From an uncultured cyanobacterium (GTDB lineage Bacteria > Cyanobacteriota > Cyanobacteriia > Leptolyngbyales > Leptolyngbyaceae): 64,000 nucleotides of DNA. Both the position numbers and the translations under genes were made by a program. The stretch is from assembly GCA_963766075.1 (NCBI GenBank), contig CAVYAN010000061.1:32001-96000 (forward strand), given 5' to 3'. Positions 8,931 to 17,964 of this stretch are shown piece after piece (within the stretch, counting starts at the first letter, position 1; the number at the start of each line of letters is the position of its first letter). The notes under the pieces were generated by a model. It was not told the origin of the DNA and made no database searches. It worked only from the letters and a program-made list of their open reading frames with translations.

Positions 8931-10799
8931 TTATTCATAGCCTTCCCACCGTGGATCTTCCTGATACCGCACAATCACGGGTTGGGCGAGGCGGTTGATT
9001 TCCACATTGCCCAAGCGAATATCCCCCGGCAGTTGGAAAAGTGTAGGCAGGGTCGCCTTTGTGAGAAAGCGGGTGGCAATCGGCAGGGTGAGTTGCTCCG
9101 GGTGAATGGGCGATCGCGCTGCTAGCACGAAGCCCCAGGGACCAAAACTAGGCACATCAATCACATAGGGATGCACCGACAACCCAACGGATGCCAACGT
9201 TGCGGCGACGCAGGCAAAGGCGCGCGGCGCAAAAAATGGGCTGGATGCCTGGGTGACAAAAACGCCGTTGGGGGCTAGCCGTGGCAGCAGACGCTGATAA
9301 AATCCCTGAGCGTAGAGTTTGGCAATAATGGCGCGATCGGGGTCCGGAAAGTCCGCGATAATCACATCAAAAATTTCGGATAAACCCGGCACCAGGGTGA
9401 ATGCATCGCCAATGCGCAAGTCTACCCGAGGATCTTGAAAGGCATTCTGATTGACCCGCTTCAGGGTGGGATGGCGACGGGCCAAATTCACCACGGCTGG
9501 ATCCAAATCCACTAGCACAACCCGCTCAACATCCGGCCATTTCAGCACTTCCCGCAAGGCCATACCGTCGCCTGCTCCCATAATTAATACCCGACGCTTC
9601 ATCGTCGTCTTGACATTGGGAGAATCAGAATTAATGTTGACAATTAAATTGGAAACTGGCTTGTCTTTTGAATAATCACGATCACTAAACTTTAATCTCG
9701 AACCAGATTCATATGAATTTTCTAGTAGATTAGAACTTAGGCTTCTAATACTTGAACTTAAATTAGAATCTATATTTGAATCTGTATTCAGAATCGACTT
9801 GGGAAGATTTAGGCCGGAAAGACTTAAGTCTTTTCGGCTTAGATTTGCACTCAAGGCAGGATGCACCAGGGCCTCGTGGTAGCGGTATTCATCCAGGGTG
9901 GAGAGTTGCAGATCGCCATCCAAAAACAGCCGCACATCACTGCCGCGTCGGGTGAGAACAATGCGCTGATAGGCGGACTGGATGCGAGAAATAATCGGCG
10001 CTTTGTAGAGGCTATTTTCTAGGCGATCGCCAAGGGGCACCGTCATCGGAGCCAATACAACCAGGGCAACCGCCAGCCCCAAGCCCCAGTAACTCCAACG
10101 CCGCAGCCTGGGAAATTCGCGCCCAAACCCAAACACCATCAACGCGGGCAATGCGCCAATAATGGCCGCCGAGGGAAATAGGCCAATCAGCGGCAGCAAA
10201 ATCACAGGAAAGGCCAAAGAGCCCACCAAGGCTCCCAAATAATCCAGGGCCAGCACTCCCGCTAGGGCATCGCCTACGCCTTCCTCGGGGGCCAAAAGAC
10301 GGGTTAACAGAGGCACTTCTAATCCTGCCAATCCCCCTAAAATGATCGTAACCAGGAACAAGCCTAACCAGAACGGCCCGTTGATCACAAATAACGCAAA
10401 TAGCGCTAGTGGTAGAACGGCACTCAGTGGGGCAATCAGAAGTTCAATCGCCACAAACGCAAATTGTAATTGCTGTTGCTGCTCGATCTGGTTGAATGAA
10501 GATCGCGCAATGAACTGGCTCAGGTATGCCCCCAAGCCCATAGCAGCCAAAAAACCGCCTACAGCCACGCCATAGGCGAGGGCTTGGTTTCCTACCAAAT
10601 AGCTGGCTAAGGTACCCAGTAATAACTCAACTGCCAATCCACAACTGGAGGACACTGCCGCCGCGATCAACAGGAGCGATCGCTGCCGTCGATTTAAAGG
10701 CTTCGGCTGCTCTGTTTCCGCCATGGCATCTCCCAGTATGGCACCTCCCACCATGGCATTGGGCACAAGGGCATTTCCTTCCATAGCATTCTCCTGCAT
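8931..10799 (-). CDS. Membrane-bound polyamine aminopropyltransferase (spermidine synthase-like) with an internal insertion
   Basis: Multi-TM N-terminal half; DEYRYHEALVHP; VLIMGAGDG SAM-binding loop; DVIIADFPDP; VPSFGPWGF; ATG 10799 overlaps the upstream stop (TAATG). Confidence 0.9.
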   Translation of the reverse strand: MQENAMEGNALVPNAMVGGAILGDAMAETEQPKPLNRRQRSLLLIAAAVSSSCGLAVELLLGTLASYLVGNQALAYGVAVGGFLAAMGLGAYLSQFIARSSFNQIEQQQQLQFAFVAIELLIAPLSAVLPLALFALFVINGPFWLGLFLVTIILGGLAGLEVPLLTRLLAPEEGVGDALAGVLALDYLGALVGSLAFPVILLPLIGLFPSAAIIGALPALMVFGFGREFPRLRRWSYWGLGLAVALVVLAPMTVPLGDRLENSLYKAPIISRIQSAYQRIVLTRRGSDVRLFLDGDLQLSTLDEYRYHEALVHPALSANLSRKDLSLSGLNLPKSILNTDSNIDSNLSSSIRSLSSNLLENSYESGSRLKFSDRDYSKDKPVSNLIVNINSDSPNVKTTMKRRVLIMGAGDGMALREVLKWPDVERVVLVDLDPAVVNLARRHPTLKRVNQNAFQDPRVDLRIGDAFTLVPGLSEIFDVIIADFPDPDRAIIAKLYAQGFYQRLLPRLAPNGVFVTQASSPFFAPRAFACVAATLASVGLSVHPYVIDVPSFGPWGFVLAARSPIHPEQLTLPIATRFLTKATLPTLFQLPGDIRLGNVEINRLAQPVIVRYQEDPRWEGYE

Positions 10800-11029
10800 T
10801 ATTTGCCGGTCCCCGGTCCGCCCCCGCGAAATCCAGCATAGGTTTCGCGCGAGGAATATTGCCATCGGCCCCCGACATAGGATCCAGACGGGCGCAGACT
10901 GTCAGAACGGCTCCAGTACTGATCTTGATTTTCCTGGCGCAGGACAAAAGCCGACTGTTGGGTAAAGGCCATCCATAGGGTGAGCAAGGCGATCACAGCG
11001 GTACTCAGGGTCAAAAATTTAATCAGCAT
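10799..11029 (-). CDS. Small membrane-anchored protein with C-terminal RGGGPGTGK tail
   Basis: 76 aa; N-terminal hydrophobic helix; ends YAGFRGGGPGTGK; translationally coupled to the aminopropyltransferase. Confidence 0.75.
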   Translation of the reverse strand: MLIKFLTLSTAVIALLTLWMAFTQQSAFVLRQENQDQYWSRSDSLRPSGSYVGGRWQYSSRETYAGFRGGGPGTGK

Positions 11030-11042
11030 GATGGCAAATCAA

Positions 11043-12064
11043 TCAGGACAGAGAACACACGGGAACCGAAATCAGGGTGCAGGCATCTTCATACACGATC
11101 AAGGTGGTTTTTAGAATGGGATCTTCGGGGGCGATCGCGACCGAAAATTCGTAGGAGCCGGGAGCTGCGACCTTGAAAAATCCCGTGTACTGGGCGCGGG
11201 CACCCACCGTTTTGCTATCATTTCGGATATATCGCGTTAACAGCGAAACCTGGTCCGCGAAAATGGATTCGCCCTCAGTATTGTGAATGGCGAGTTCCAG
11301 GTCAAAGGTTTTGGGCGCAGAGGGTGACGCCTTGACCTGAACGGTCACCCGCAGCAGGCGATCTCCCCCCTCAACAGGGCCTGCTCTGCGGCCACACCTG
11401 TTGAGCGTCTAGTTTTAGAAAGCGCAATCACCCGCTTGCCGCTAGTGGGAACAGCCCAAAATGCTAACAGCGTGGTGCAGAGGGTGCCGATCAACCCTGC
11501 CCATAGGTAGCGATCGTCGATCGCTCCGGAATACACCTGAACAGTAAACGGGATGGGCTGGTTCAGCTCCAGCCCGGCTGTATTGGTATGGTCTAGTACC
11601 GCAATGGCCAGCGTCAGGGTTTCGGCTTGTTTTGCCCGCAGATCCAATCCAGCAGCCACATCGGTTTCGGCCCAGGTGCCTGACTCCCCCTCTTCCGCCC
11701 ACTGGCCCGTTTCGGCCCAGGCATCCTTCACGGCTGAACCAATCACCTGCCCCGCGCGATCGCGAATTTGGATTTCATAGGTGGCTGATTGTTCCCAGGG
11801 CAAACTGGCCACCGCTTCCACCCGCAGGGCACCGAAACGAGTGGGGGGTAGGGCGATCGTCGGCAGATCCACTGCATCCCCTTCAGCAATAGCCAGAGAT
11901 TGAGTCAGCAGGAGCCGCTGCCAAACAGGCACCGTCAGCAAAGCCAGACTCATCACCGCCGAAAAGCTTAGAGAAACATAGGCCCATCGGCTAATGAACC
12001 GCCCCGTCGTGGAAAGGCTTGGCGGTTGAGAACCCGCTGGCTGGGAAGGATGGTCGGCAATCAT
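11043..12064 (-). CDS. Hypothetical 2-TM membrane protein, split by a probable frameshift near 11365
   Basis: ORFs 11345-12064 and 11043-11348 can be joined through a G6 run (alternative frame reads GGDRLLRVTVQV); first gene of the polyamine operon. Confidence 0.6.
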
Positions 12065-12371
12065 AGCTCTGTTTTAACTGATTCCGGATACAATGGCGCA
12101 AGTTTCCCCTACGGAGAATCAACAAGTTTTTCTTCAATCAGAGAGAGTGATTAAACTAGTGGGTGTAACTAAACCAGCGATCGGTTTGAGGTACCCGGCG
12201 AGAAGTCAACCTCGGCCTTGCTCAACCTTCAAAGCCCTGACTTGCAGGCCGAGCGAAGTCGCAGCCCGGTTTTAAGCCCGGCTTTAAACATAAATTAGAC
12301 ACCGGGAAACACCAAAATCTCCTTGGTAGAACAAAAATTATCCGAAAGAATACTCGAAAAAAGGAGCAAAT

Positions 12372-12575
12372 ATGATTGCCCAGAAAGTAGTGGAGTCGCT
12401 GGGTTGGACGCTATTTGGGATTGTTCTGCTGTACGGGGCCGTCTGGCTGTTCGATCGGTTTGATCCGATTAACTATCGCGAGGAAATTCGCAGTGGCAAC
12501 CTAGCAGCAGGACTGATCGTTGCCGCCATTATCCTCGGGATAGCCGCCATTATCGTCTCGGTGATTGTGACCTAA
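12372..12575 (+). CDS. DUF350 small membrane protein
   Basis: 2 TM helices, FDRFDPINYREEIRSGNLAAG motif, AAGGAG RBS; divergent from the polyamine operon. Confidence 0.85.
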   Translation: MIAQKVVESLGWTLFGIVLLYGAVWLFDRFDPINYREEIRSGNLAAGLIVAAIILGIAAIIVSVIVT

Positions 12576-12600
12576 AGGTCCAAAGGGCCGGCAATGTTCT

Positions 12601-14164
12601 TTACATTGACGCATCCGGTTCGGGCAGCGAGATCTCGATCGCTTCGTCAGAGGGTGCGGCTGCCGACAGGCGAGGGGCCAGGGTCATCAGGGAAATCAGG
12701 GTCAGTTCCATAATTTCCATGTAGGCCTGAATATCGACTTGATCCGCCATCAGCATTTCCCGGTATTGCTGTTTAATTTGACTGAGCTTCTTCACCGCCG
12801 CTACTGGGTCAGTTTGCAGTGTTTCCTGCCAATCATCCAGTAGCAACAAGGTATCCAGAATGAACTTTTTGCGTTGACGGTCCAAAATATTGCGGCATTG
12901 ATCCGTAAACATTTGGGTTTTCTGGTGGATCTCTTCATAGATATCGGCGGGAACCGTACCGTCAATAAACATGACACGGTGTTCCTGAGACAATTCTTCA
13001 ATCCCGCGCAAGGTTTCCTGGGGATCGTGGGGCAGGAGCTCCTTGAGTTCGTTAATCCGTTTGGTTGTGGTGCCTAGGAGCTTTTTAGAGCGTTCCCGCC
13101 GCCAATATTGCAAAAATAAACCGATGCCACTGGTGCCTAGCAGAATGACTAAACCCGCTTGCAGATCATTGTTGCTTTCCAGGTAGCGAATCCAAGCTTC
13201 GCGTGGATCTCCTTCTTGAAAGACGGAGATTGCCGCCGAATGGATATAGAACAACCCCGCTTGCAACAGAGTTTTGGCATCACCTGTCTCCAATTCGGGA
13301 TAAAACTGAGCATATTTGCGCGAGTTGGAAAGGATCGCCCACGTGAGGAGGCCAACTTTGCGATTGCTGACATCGGGACGCGTCACAACCACCGTCGCCG
13401 TGGAAAGGGTGGTCAAGTCCTGGGCGGGCAGGGCGGGGGCAGGGCGATAGGTGCCAGCGGGAATGGTAGCACTTCGGTAGGAACCCGGATCAAGCCCAGT
13501 CAGATAGTTCACCAGACTCGTGGAGAGGGGCACCAGTCGTAGATTGGTAGTTGCTAGGAACTGCTGGCGCAATTTTTCACTGGCTCCGATACTGCCCACG
13601 TAAATCAGGGCGGCCAACTGTCCGGATTGAAGCTTTGGGATGCCCGTAATGAAGTTGGCATCATCGGGTTGGATGTCGAGGCTAGCGGATCGAAACAGGT
13701 GGGTGGCCGTATAGTGAATGCCACTGCCGGATGTGCCGATCGCCACACGTTTGCCCCGCAAATCCGAGAGGCTTTTAATCGCGGAATTGGTTTGGGTAAT
13801 TACATGCACCTGCTCATTGGCAAGTACCAAAACAGCTTGAACTTCGCCCTGGCGCATAAACGCATTAGCAACATCCAACTGAACAATGGCAAAGTCCACT
13901 TCTGCGATCGCGCAGCGCCTGTAAGTTTTGTAGAGAACCCTGGGTCTCTTGATTTTCTAGAACCATGTTGCCGGTCAACTGCACCGACTCCCCAATGTGC
14001 TGACCTAAGCGGTGATAGAAGCCCCCCGCAGGCCCACTGGCCAAGCGGACAGACTCGACCTTATTTGCACTGCACCCTCCGACCCAGAGCAGCAGTCCAG
14101 TCGCGATCGGTGACCACAGACGCTGAATATCGAGCCAGTGGAATTGCATCTGATACCCCCTCAC
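12601..14164 (-). CDS. TAXI-family TRAP solute-binding lipoprotein with C-terminal TM and helical domain (frameshift near 13900)
   Basis: LASGPAGGFYH, ETQGSLQNLQAL then (shifted) VDFAIVQLD, DLRGKRVAIGTSGSG; lipobox-like VGGC. Confidence 0.8.
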
Positions 14165-14196
14165 TTGGCTTTGTCCGCCAATCGAACTGCTGTGGT

Positions 14197-14937
14197 CTAA
14201 TGGGCCAGCACGGCAGCAGGCTCAATCGCGGTGAGCGCCTCATCCAACGGCAAAACTCGCAGGTCAGGTTTGAAGACATTCACCTGATAAACCATGCGAT
14301 AGGTCATATCGACCGCCGTTAACCAGCCACTGCGGGGATGGTAAGCACCAGTGTCAATGCCGATCCAGCCACAGCCCTGCGCCAGTTCACCGGGAGCAAC
14401 ATGGGGCAGAGTAAAGGTAATGGTATGCCCGGTAATAATTAATTTGTCCTGAAAATAGGGCACGGTACTGCGGTGAAATTCATCCCGAATCCAGCAAAAT
14501 TCATGGGCCGACTGCCTATGCAACGGCAGATGGGGATTGACACCGGCATGGACCAACCAGAGATCGCCCAAATCTAGGTATGTGGGCAAGGTGCGAAACC
14601 AATCCAGATGATCGATCAAGATACCCGCTTCGCCGTAACTGGCCACAGTGGCGCGTCCACCACTATAGAGCCAGGCTTGGAGCGCCGAAGCAGAAATCCG
14701 CCCATGGGGAAATGCCTCTAGCATCAGTTGCTCATGATTCCCCAAGAGGCAGTGGTAGCCAGCGTGCTGCACAAACTCGACGACTTTTGCACTGTCTGGT
14801 CCCCGGTCGATCAGATCTCCCAAAAAATAAACCTGATCGTCTGCACCGGGATCAATTGCCTCAAACAGACGCATCAATCCCGCATAGTGCCCATGGACGT
14901 CCCCGATAATGATGCGACGGTGACTGGTTGCGCTCAT
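14197..14937 (-). CDS. Ser/Thr protein phosphatase family metallophosphoesterase
   Basis: GDVHG, GDLIDRG, GNHE, HAG, GHT, IDTG motifs; ATG 15000 is an alternative start. Confidence 0.9.
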   Translation of the reverse strand: MSATSHRRIIIGDVHGHYAGLMRLFEAIDPGADDQVYFLGDLIDRGPDSAKVVEFVQHAGYHCLLGNHEQLMLEAFPHGRISASALQAWLYSGGRATVASYGEAGILIDHLDWFRTLPTYLDLGDLWLVHAGVNPHLPLHRQSAHEFCWIRDEFHRSTVPYFQDKLIITGHTITFTLPHVAPGELAQGCGWIGIDTGAYHPRSGWLTAVDMTYRMVYQVNVFKPDLRVLPLDEALTAIEPAAVLAH

Positions 14938-15216
14938 GCGATCGCCTTCTTCAAACAATTCACGGTTAGAATAACCATCTGACTCGATCAATTTGCCCAT
15001 TAATTTGCCCTAAGTCGTGGCATTACCCTAAATCAGAGCATTACTGGGGTAACCATTCCTTAATTATGCACTGATTATTCCGGTCGCGCCGTCCATCGAT
15101 CCCCAATATTATCGGTATATTACGGAACTTTACCCACACTTTACCTGGTTAGCCGTCGCCCCATACAGATGCACGGCAGCATTAATTCCAGGATCCCGGG
15201 GGTGTCATCCACCGCC

Positions 15217-15939
15217 TTACTGTCCCAAGGCCCGCAAAAATTGCTGCATTTGGGCAATCAGACTGCGTTGAGGCCGATTATCGCCCATGGCCTTGGCCAG
15301 AATTTCATCCAGCTTTTCGGAATTGGGGCGGAGCAATTCCTCCCCAATCAAAGTATAGCCTTCACTGCCTTCTAGCCAAACTTGCCAGGGCGTTGGGTAA
15401 CAGCGCAGCAGGGCCGCTTGGCTTAAGGGTCGGAGATAATAACAGGGTTCTACCGTGTTCAGGAAGCGTTCCCGGAGTTGGCGGGCCGTATAGCCAATGC
15501 CGACAACACTCACATCTTCTAAACGAGGATTGAACAGGATCACGGGGCGATCGCCAGCAGCGTTGCACACTTGCTCCACCACCAAGACTTCCACCGCCGA
15601 GGGCGCGATAAACACAAAGGCTTGGTCCTCCGGTGCAATCAGCTCCTCGACGGTGCTAGTTTGTCGAGATCCAGCCACATCAACACTTTTGATGGGATAT
15701 GGAAAGTCAGCCCAGAGGCGTCGAGCCAGCGCCGCCGCCCCAGCATCGGTAAAAAACACCTTTAACCCGGCACCATAGGCATCGAATCCCTGTAGGAATA
15801 ACTGTGCAGGCTCCATCGGCTTCAGCTCTGGCAGTTGCAGATCCACTTGCAGGCGCGAATACCCCGCCGCGATCGCGGCAAAAGTCGCGGCTTGAGCTTG
15901 GGCGATCGCCTCGTCAAGGGTGGTTGGGAAGTGCGTCAT
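15217..15939 (-). CDS. DUF1995 family protein
   Basis: PELK, FTDAGAAALARR, NPRLED..VGIGYTARQLRERFL, LRCYPTPWQVW. Confidence 0.85.
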   Translation of the reverse strand: MTHFPTTLDEAIAQAQAATFAAIAAGYSRLQVDLQLPELKPMEPAQLFLQGFDAYGAGLKVFFTDAGAAALARRLWADFPYPIKSVDVAGSRQTSTVEELIAPEDQAFVFIAPSAVEVLVVEQVCNAAGDRPVILFNPRLEDVSVVGIGYTARQLRERFLNTVEPCYYLRPLSQAALLRCYPTPWQVWLEGSEGYTLIGEELLRPNSEKLDEILAKAMGDNRPQRSLIAQMQQFLRALGQ

Positions 15940-15983
15940 GGTTGGCCTCGATCAATTATTTCCAGGAAATTCCCTCAAGGCCC

Positions 15984-17261
15984 CTAAAGTGTCAACGACT
16001 GCACATCGGTTTCGATCAGTTTTGCCAAATCCCTGAGAAAGGCCGCCGCATGGGCCCCATAGATCACCCGGTGGTCACAGGTGATGTTCACGTCCATTTG
16101 AGTCCGCACCCCCATCAGACCATCCTTGGTAGCCACAACCCGGGGGGAAGAACCCCCGATCGCCAAAATCGATCCCATACCGGGAGGCAGGATAGCATCA
16201 AAACTGGTCACCCCGAACATGCCTAAATTAGAGATGGCAAAGGTACCCGTGCTGTATTCATCTGGCTGTAACTGTTTGGCGCGGGCGCGATCGACCAAAT
16301 CTTTCCAGGAGCGGGAGAGGGAATATAAATCCATCTGGTCCGCTTGCCGTAGGACCGGTGTAATCAATCCGCCATCATCCATGGCCACAGCTACCGCCAC
16401 GTTGATCGCCCCCGGATGATTGATGCTGTTGTTGGTAAAGCTCGCATTCAGTAAGGGATGCTTTTGCAACGTTATGGCCACGGCTTTTGCCAATAGGGCT
16501 GTCATCGTGACGCCCTTGGATTTGACCTGCTTATAGAGCTTGTCGAGGGCATCCGTGGTGATGGTGTAGGCCACATGGAAGGTCGGCACATCTAAGCTCA
16601 CCATCATGTTGCGCACGACAGCGTTTTGCAAGGTGGTGAGGGGAACCTGCTGGCCCACGACAGTGGGGGCCGGGGCCGGGGGGCGGACAGTGGGCGCAGG
16701 AGCAGTGGAAACCGGAGCAACTGTGGCAGGTGATGCCGCAAAAGAGGTCGCTACCGAGGGAGCTGTGGATGGCTTACCAGCAGCAGCTTCCACATCTTCA
16801 GCGACAATCCGTCCGTGGGGGCCGCTGCCACGCAGGGTGCTCAGGTCAACCTTGAGATCCTTAGCCAGCTTGCGGGCTCGGGGAGAGGCCACAATCCGAT
16901 CCGTGCGGGTAATGACGTTTTGGGCGGGGGGCGGTGTGGGAGTTGCGATCGCCGGAGCGACTGCCACCGCCGCAACTGGAGCTGAGCCACGGCCCTGGGA
17001 TTGGGCCGTGGCTAGTTCCGCTTCCGTTTCGGCAATGAGCGCGATCGTGTTACCGACAGGGGCCGCTTCACCGGCTGGGGTTAGAATTGCGCCCAGATAG
17101 CCTTCATAGAAGGATTCCACATCCATGTCGGCCTTGTCGGACTCCACCACCACCACGGTTTCACCTTTCTCGACTTTATCGCCAGGGGCCTTAAGCCAGG
17201 AAACCACTTTCCCTTCGGTCATGGTGGAACTGAGGGCAGGCATGAAGACTTCGTAGATCAT
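15984..17261 (-). CDS. pdhC: Pyruvate dehydrogenase E2, dihydrolipoamide acetyltransferase
   Basis: Lipoyl motif ESDKADMDVE, E3-binding ASPRARKLA...GSGPHGRI, catalytic DHRVIYG. Confidence 0.96.
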   Translation of the reverse strand: MIYEVFMPALSSTMTEGKVVSWLKAPGDKVEKGETVVVVESDKADMDVESFYEGYLGAILTPAGEAAPVGNTIALIAETEAELATAQSQGRGSAPVAAVAVAPAIATPTPPPAQNVITRTDRIVASPRARKLAKDLKVDLSTLRGSGPHGRIVAEDVEAAAGKPSTAPSVATSFAASPATVAPVSTAPAPTVRPPAPAPTVVGQQVPLTTLQNAVVRNMMVSLDVPTFHVAYTITTDALDKLYKQVKSKGVTMTALLAKAVAITLQKHPLLNASFTNNSINHPGAINVAVAVAMDDGGLITPVLRQADQMDLYSLSRSWKDLVDRARAKQLQPDEYSTGTFAISNLGMFGVTSFDAILPPGMGSILAIGGSSPRVVATKDGLMGVRTQMDVNITCDHRVIYGAHAAAFLRDLAKLIETDVQSLTL

Positions 17262-17389
17262 GGACAGGGCGTTCCTTCAAGGGTTAATAAAAAAGGCATC
17301 TAGAAAAACGTGGCTAGAGATTGAGCCAAAGCGGACGAGCAGAGCAGAAGACGTCTTGAAGCAGGAGGGCAAACCATCCCGCCATTGGC

Positions 17390-17839
17390 CTAAACGTCGC
17401 CGCGCACCTCTTCGATGATGCCATCACGAATCACCACTTCAACCTGCATTTTTTCGACCAGGTTGTCGCCGATCGCTACCTTAAAAATACTGTCGATCTG
17501 GCCTTGGGCAACTTCTTGTTCCATTTCCAGGACCTGAACTTGCTGAAGCTGCTGCAATACCTGGTTTTTTTGCTCCAGAAATTCGCTTTTCTTTTGGTTC
17601 ACCTGGGCTTGGATATTGTCAATTTGTTGCAAGGTTTCGGGACCAGGCGGCTTGAGGCTTTGCTTTTGAATTTCGGCAACCATGCGCTGCCCTTGCATTT
17701 CTAATTGCTGCAGTTGGTTGTCAAGCTGGTTAATCTGAGCTTGCAGTTGCTGCTGGGCCTCGTCTTTCCAACGGGGGGTAACGATTGCTTTAACGTTCAC
17801 CGTGCGGCGAAGCAGCAAATTGGACGGCGTAAGATCCAT
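17390..17839 (-). CDS. YlqD family protein
   Basis: LLLRRTVNVKAIVTPRWK, Gln-rich coiled coil, GDNLVEKMQVEVVIRDG; typical position between aas and pdhC. Confidence 0.85.
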   Translation of the reverse strand: MDLTPSNLLLRRTVNVKAIVTPRWKDEAQQQLQAQINQLDNQLQQLEMQGQRMVAEIQKQSLKPPGPETLQQIDNIQAQVNQKKSEFLEQKNQVLQQLQQVQVLEMEQEVAQGQIDSIFKVAIGDNLVEKMQVEVVIRDGIIEEVRGDV

Positions 17840-17900
17840 AGGTTCGTGAGGGAAACAGGTTCGTGAGGGAGACAGGTTCGTAAGGGAAATAGAGTCGTAA
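17840..17900. repeat. 17-bp tandem repeat, 3-4 copies
   Basis: AGGTTCGTGAGGGAAAC / AGGTTCGTGAGGGAGAC / AGGTTCGTAAGGGAAAT. Confidence 0.8.
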
Positions 17901-17964
17901 AGAAGGTTGAGCAAATAACAAACGGCTTCAGGTTCAGTGACCGGAGGCTACTCACCTAACGGGG

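Noticed and set aside
9603..9845. Intein or IS element in the aminopropyltransferase
   Set aside because: No intein splice-junction residues, no terminal inverted repeats or transposase; kept only as an unexplained insertion
17840..17900. Mini-CRISPR or iteron array
   Set aside because: Contiguous 17-bp copies without spacers and no rep gene; a simple tandem duplication
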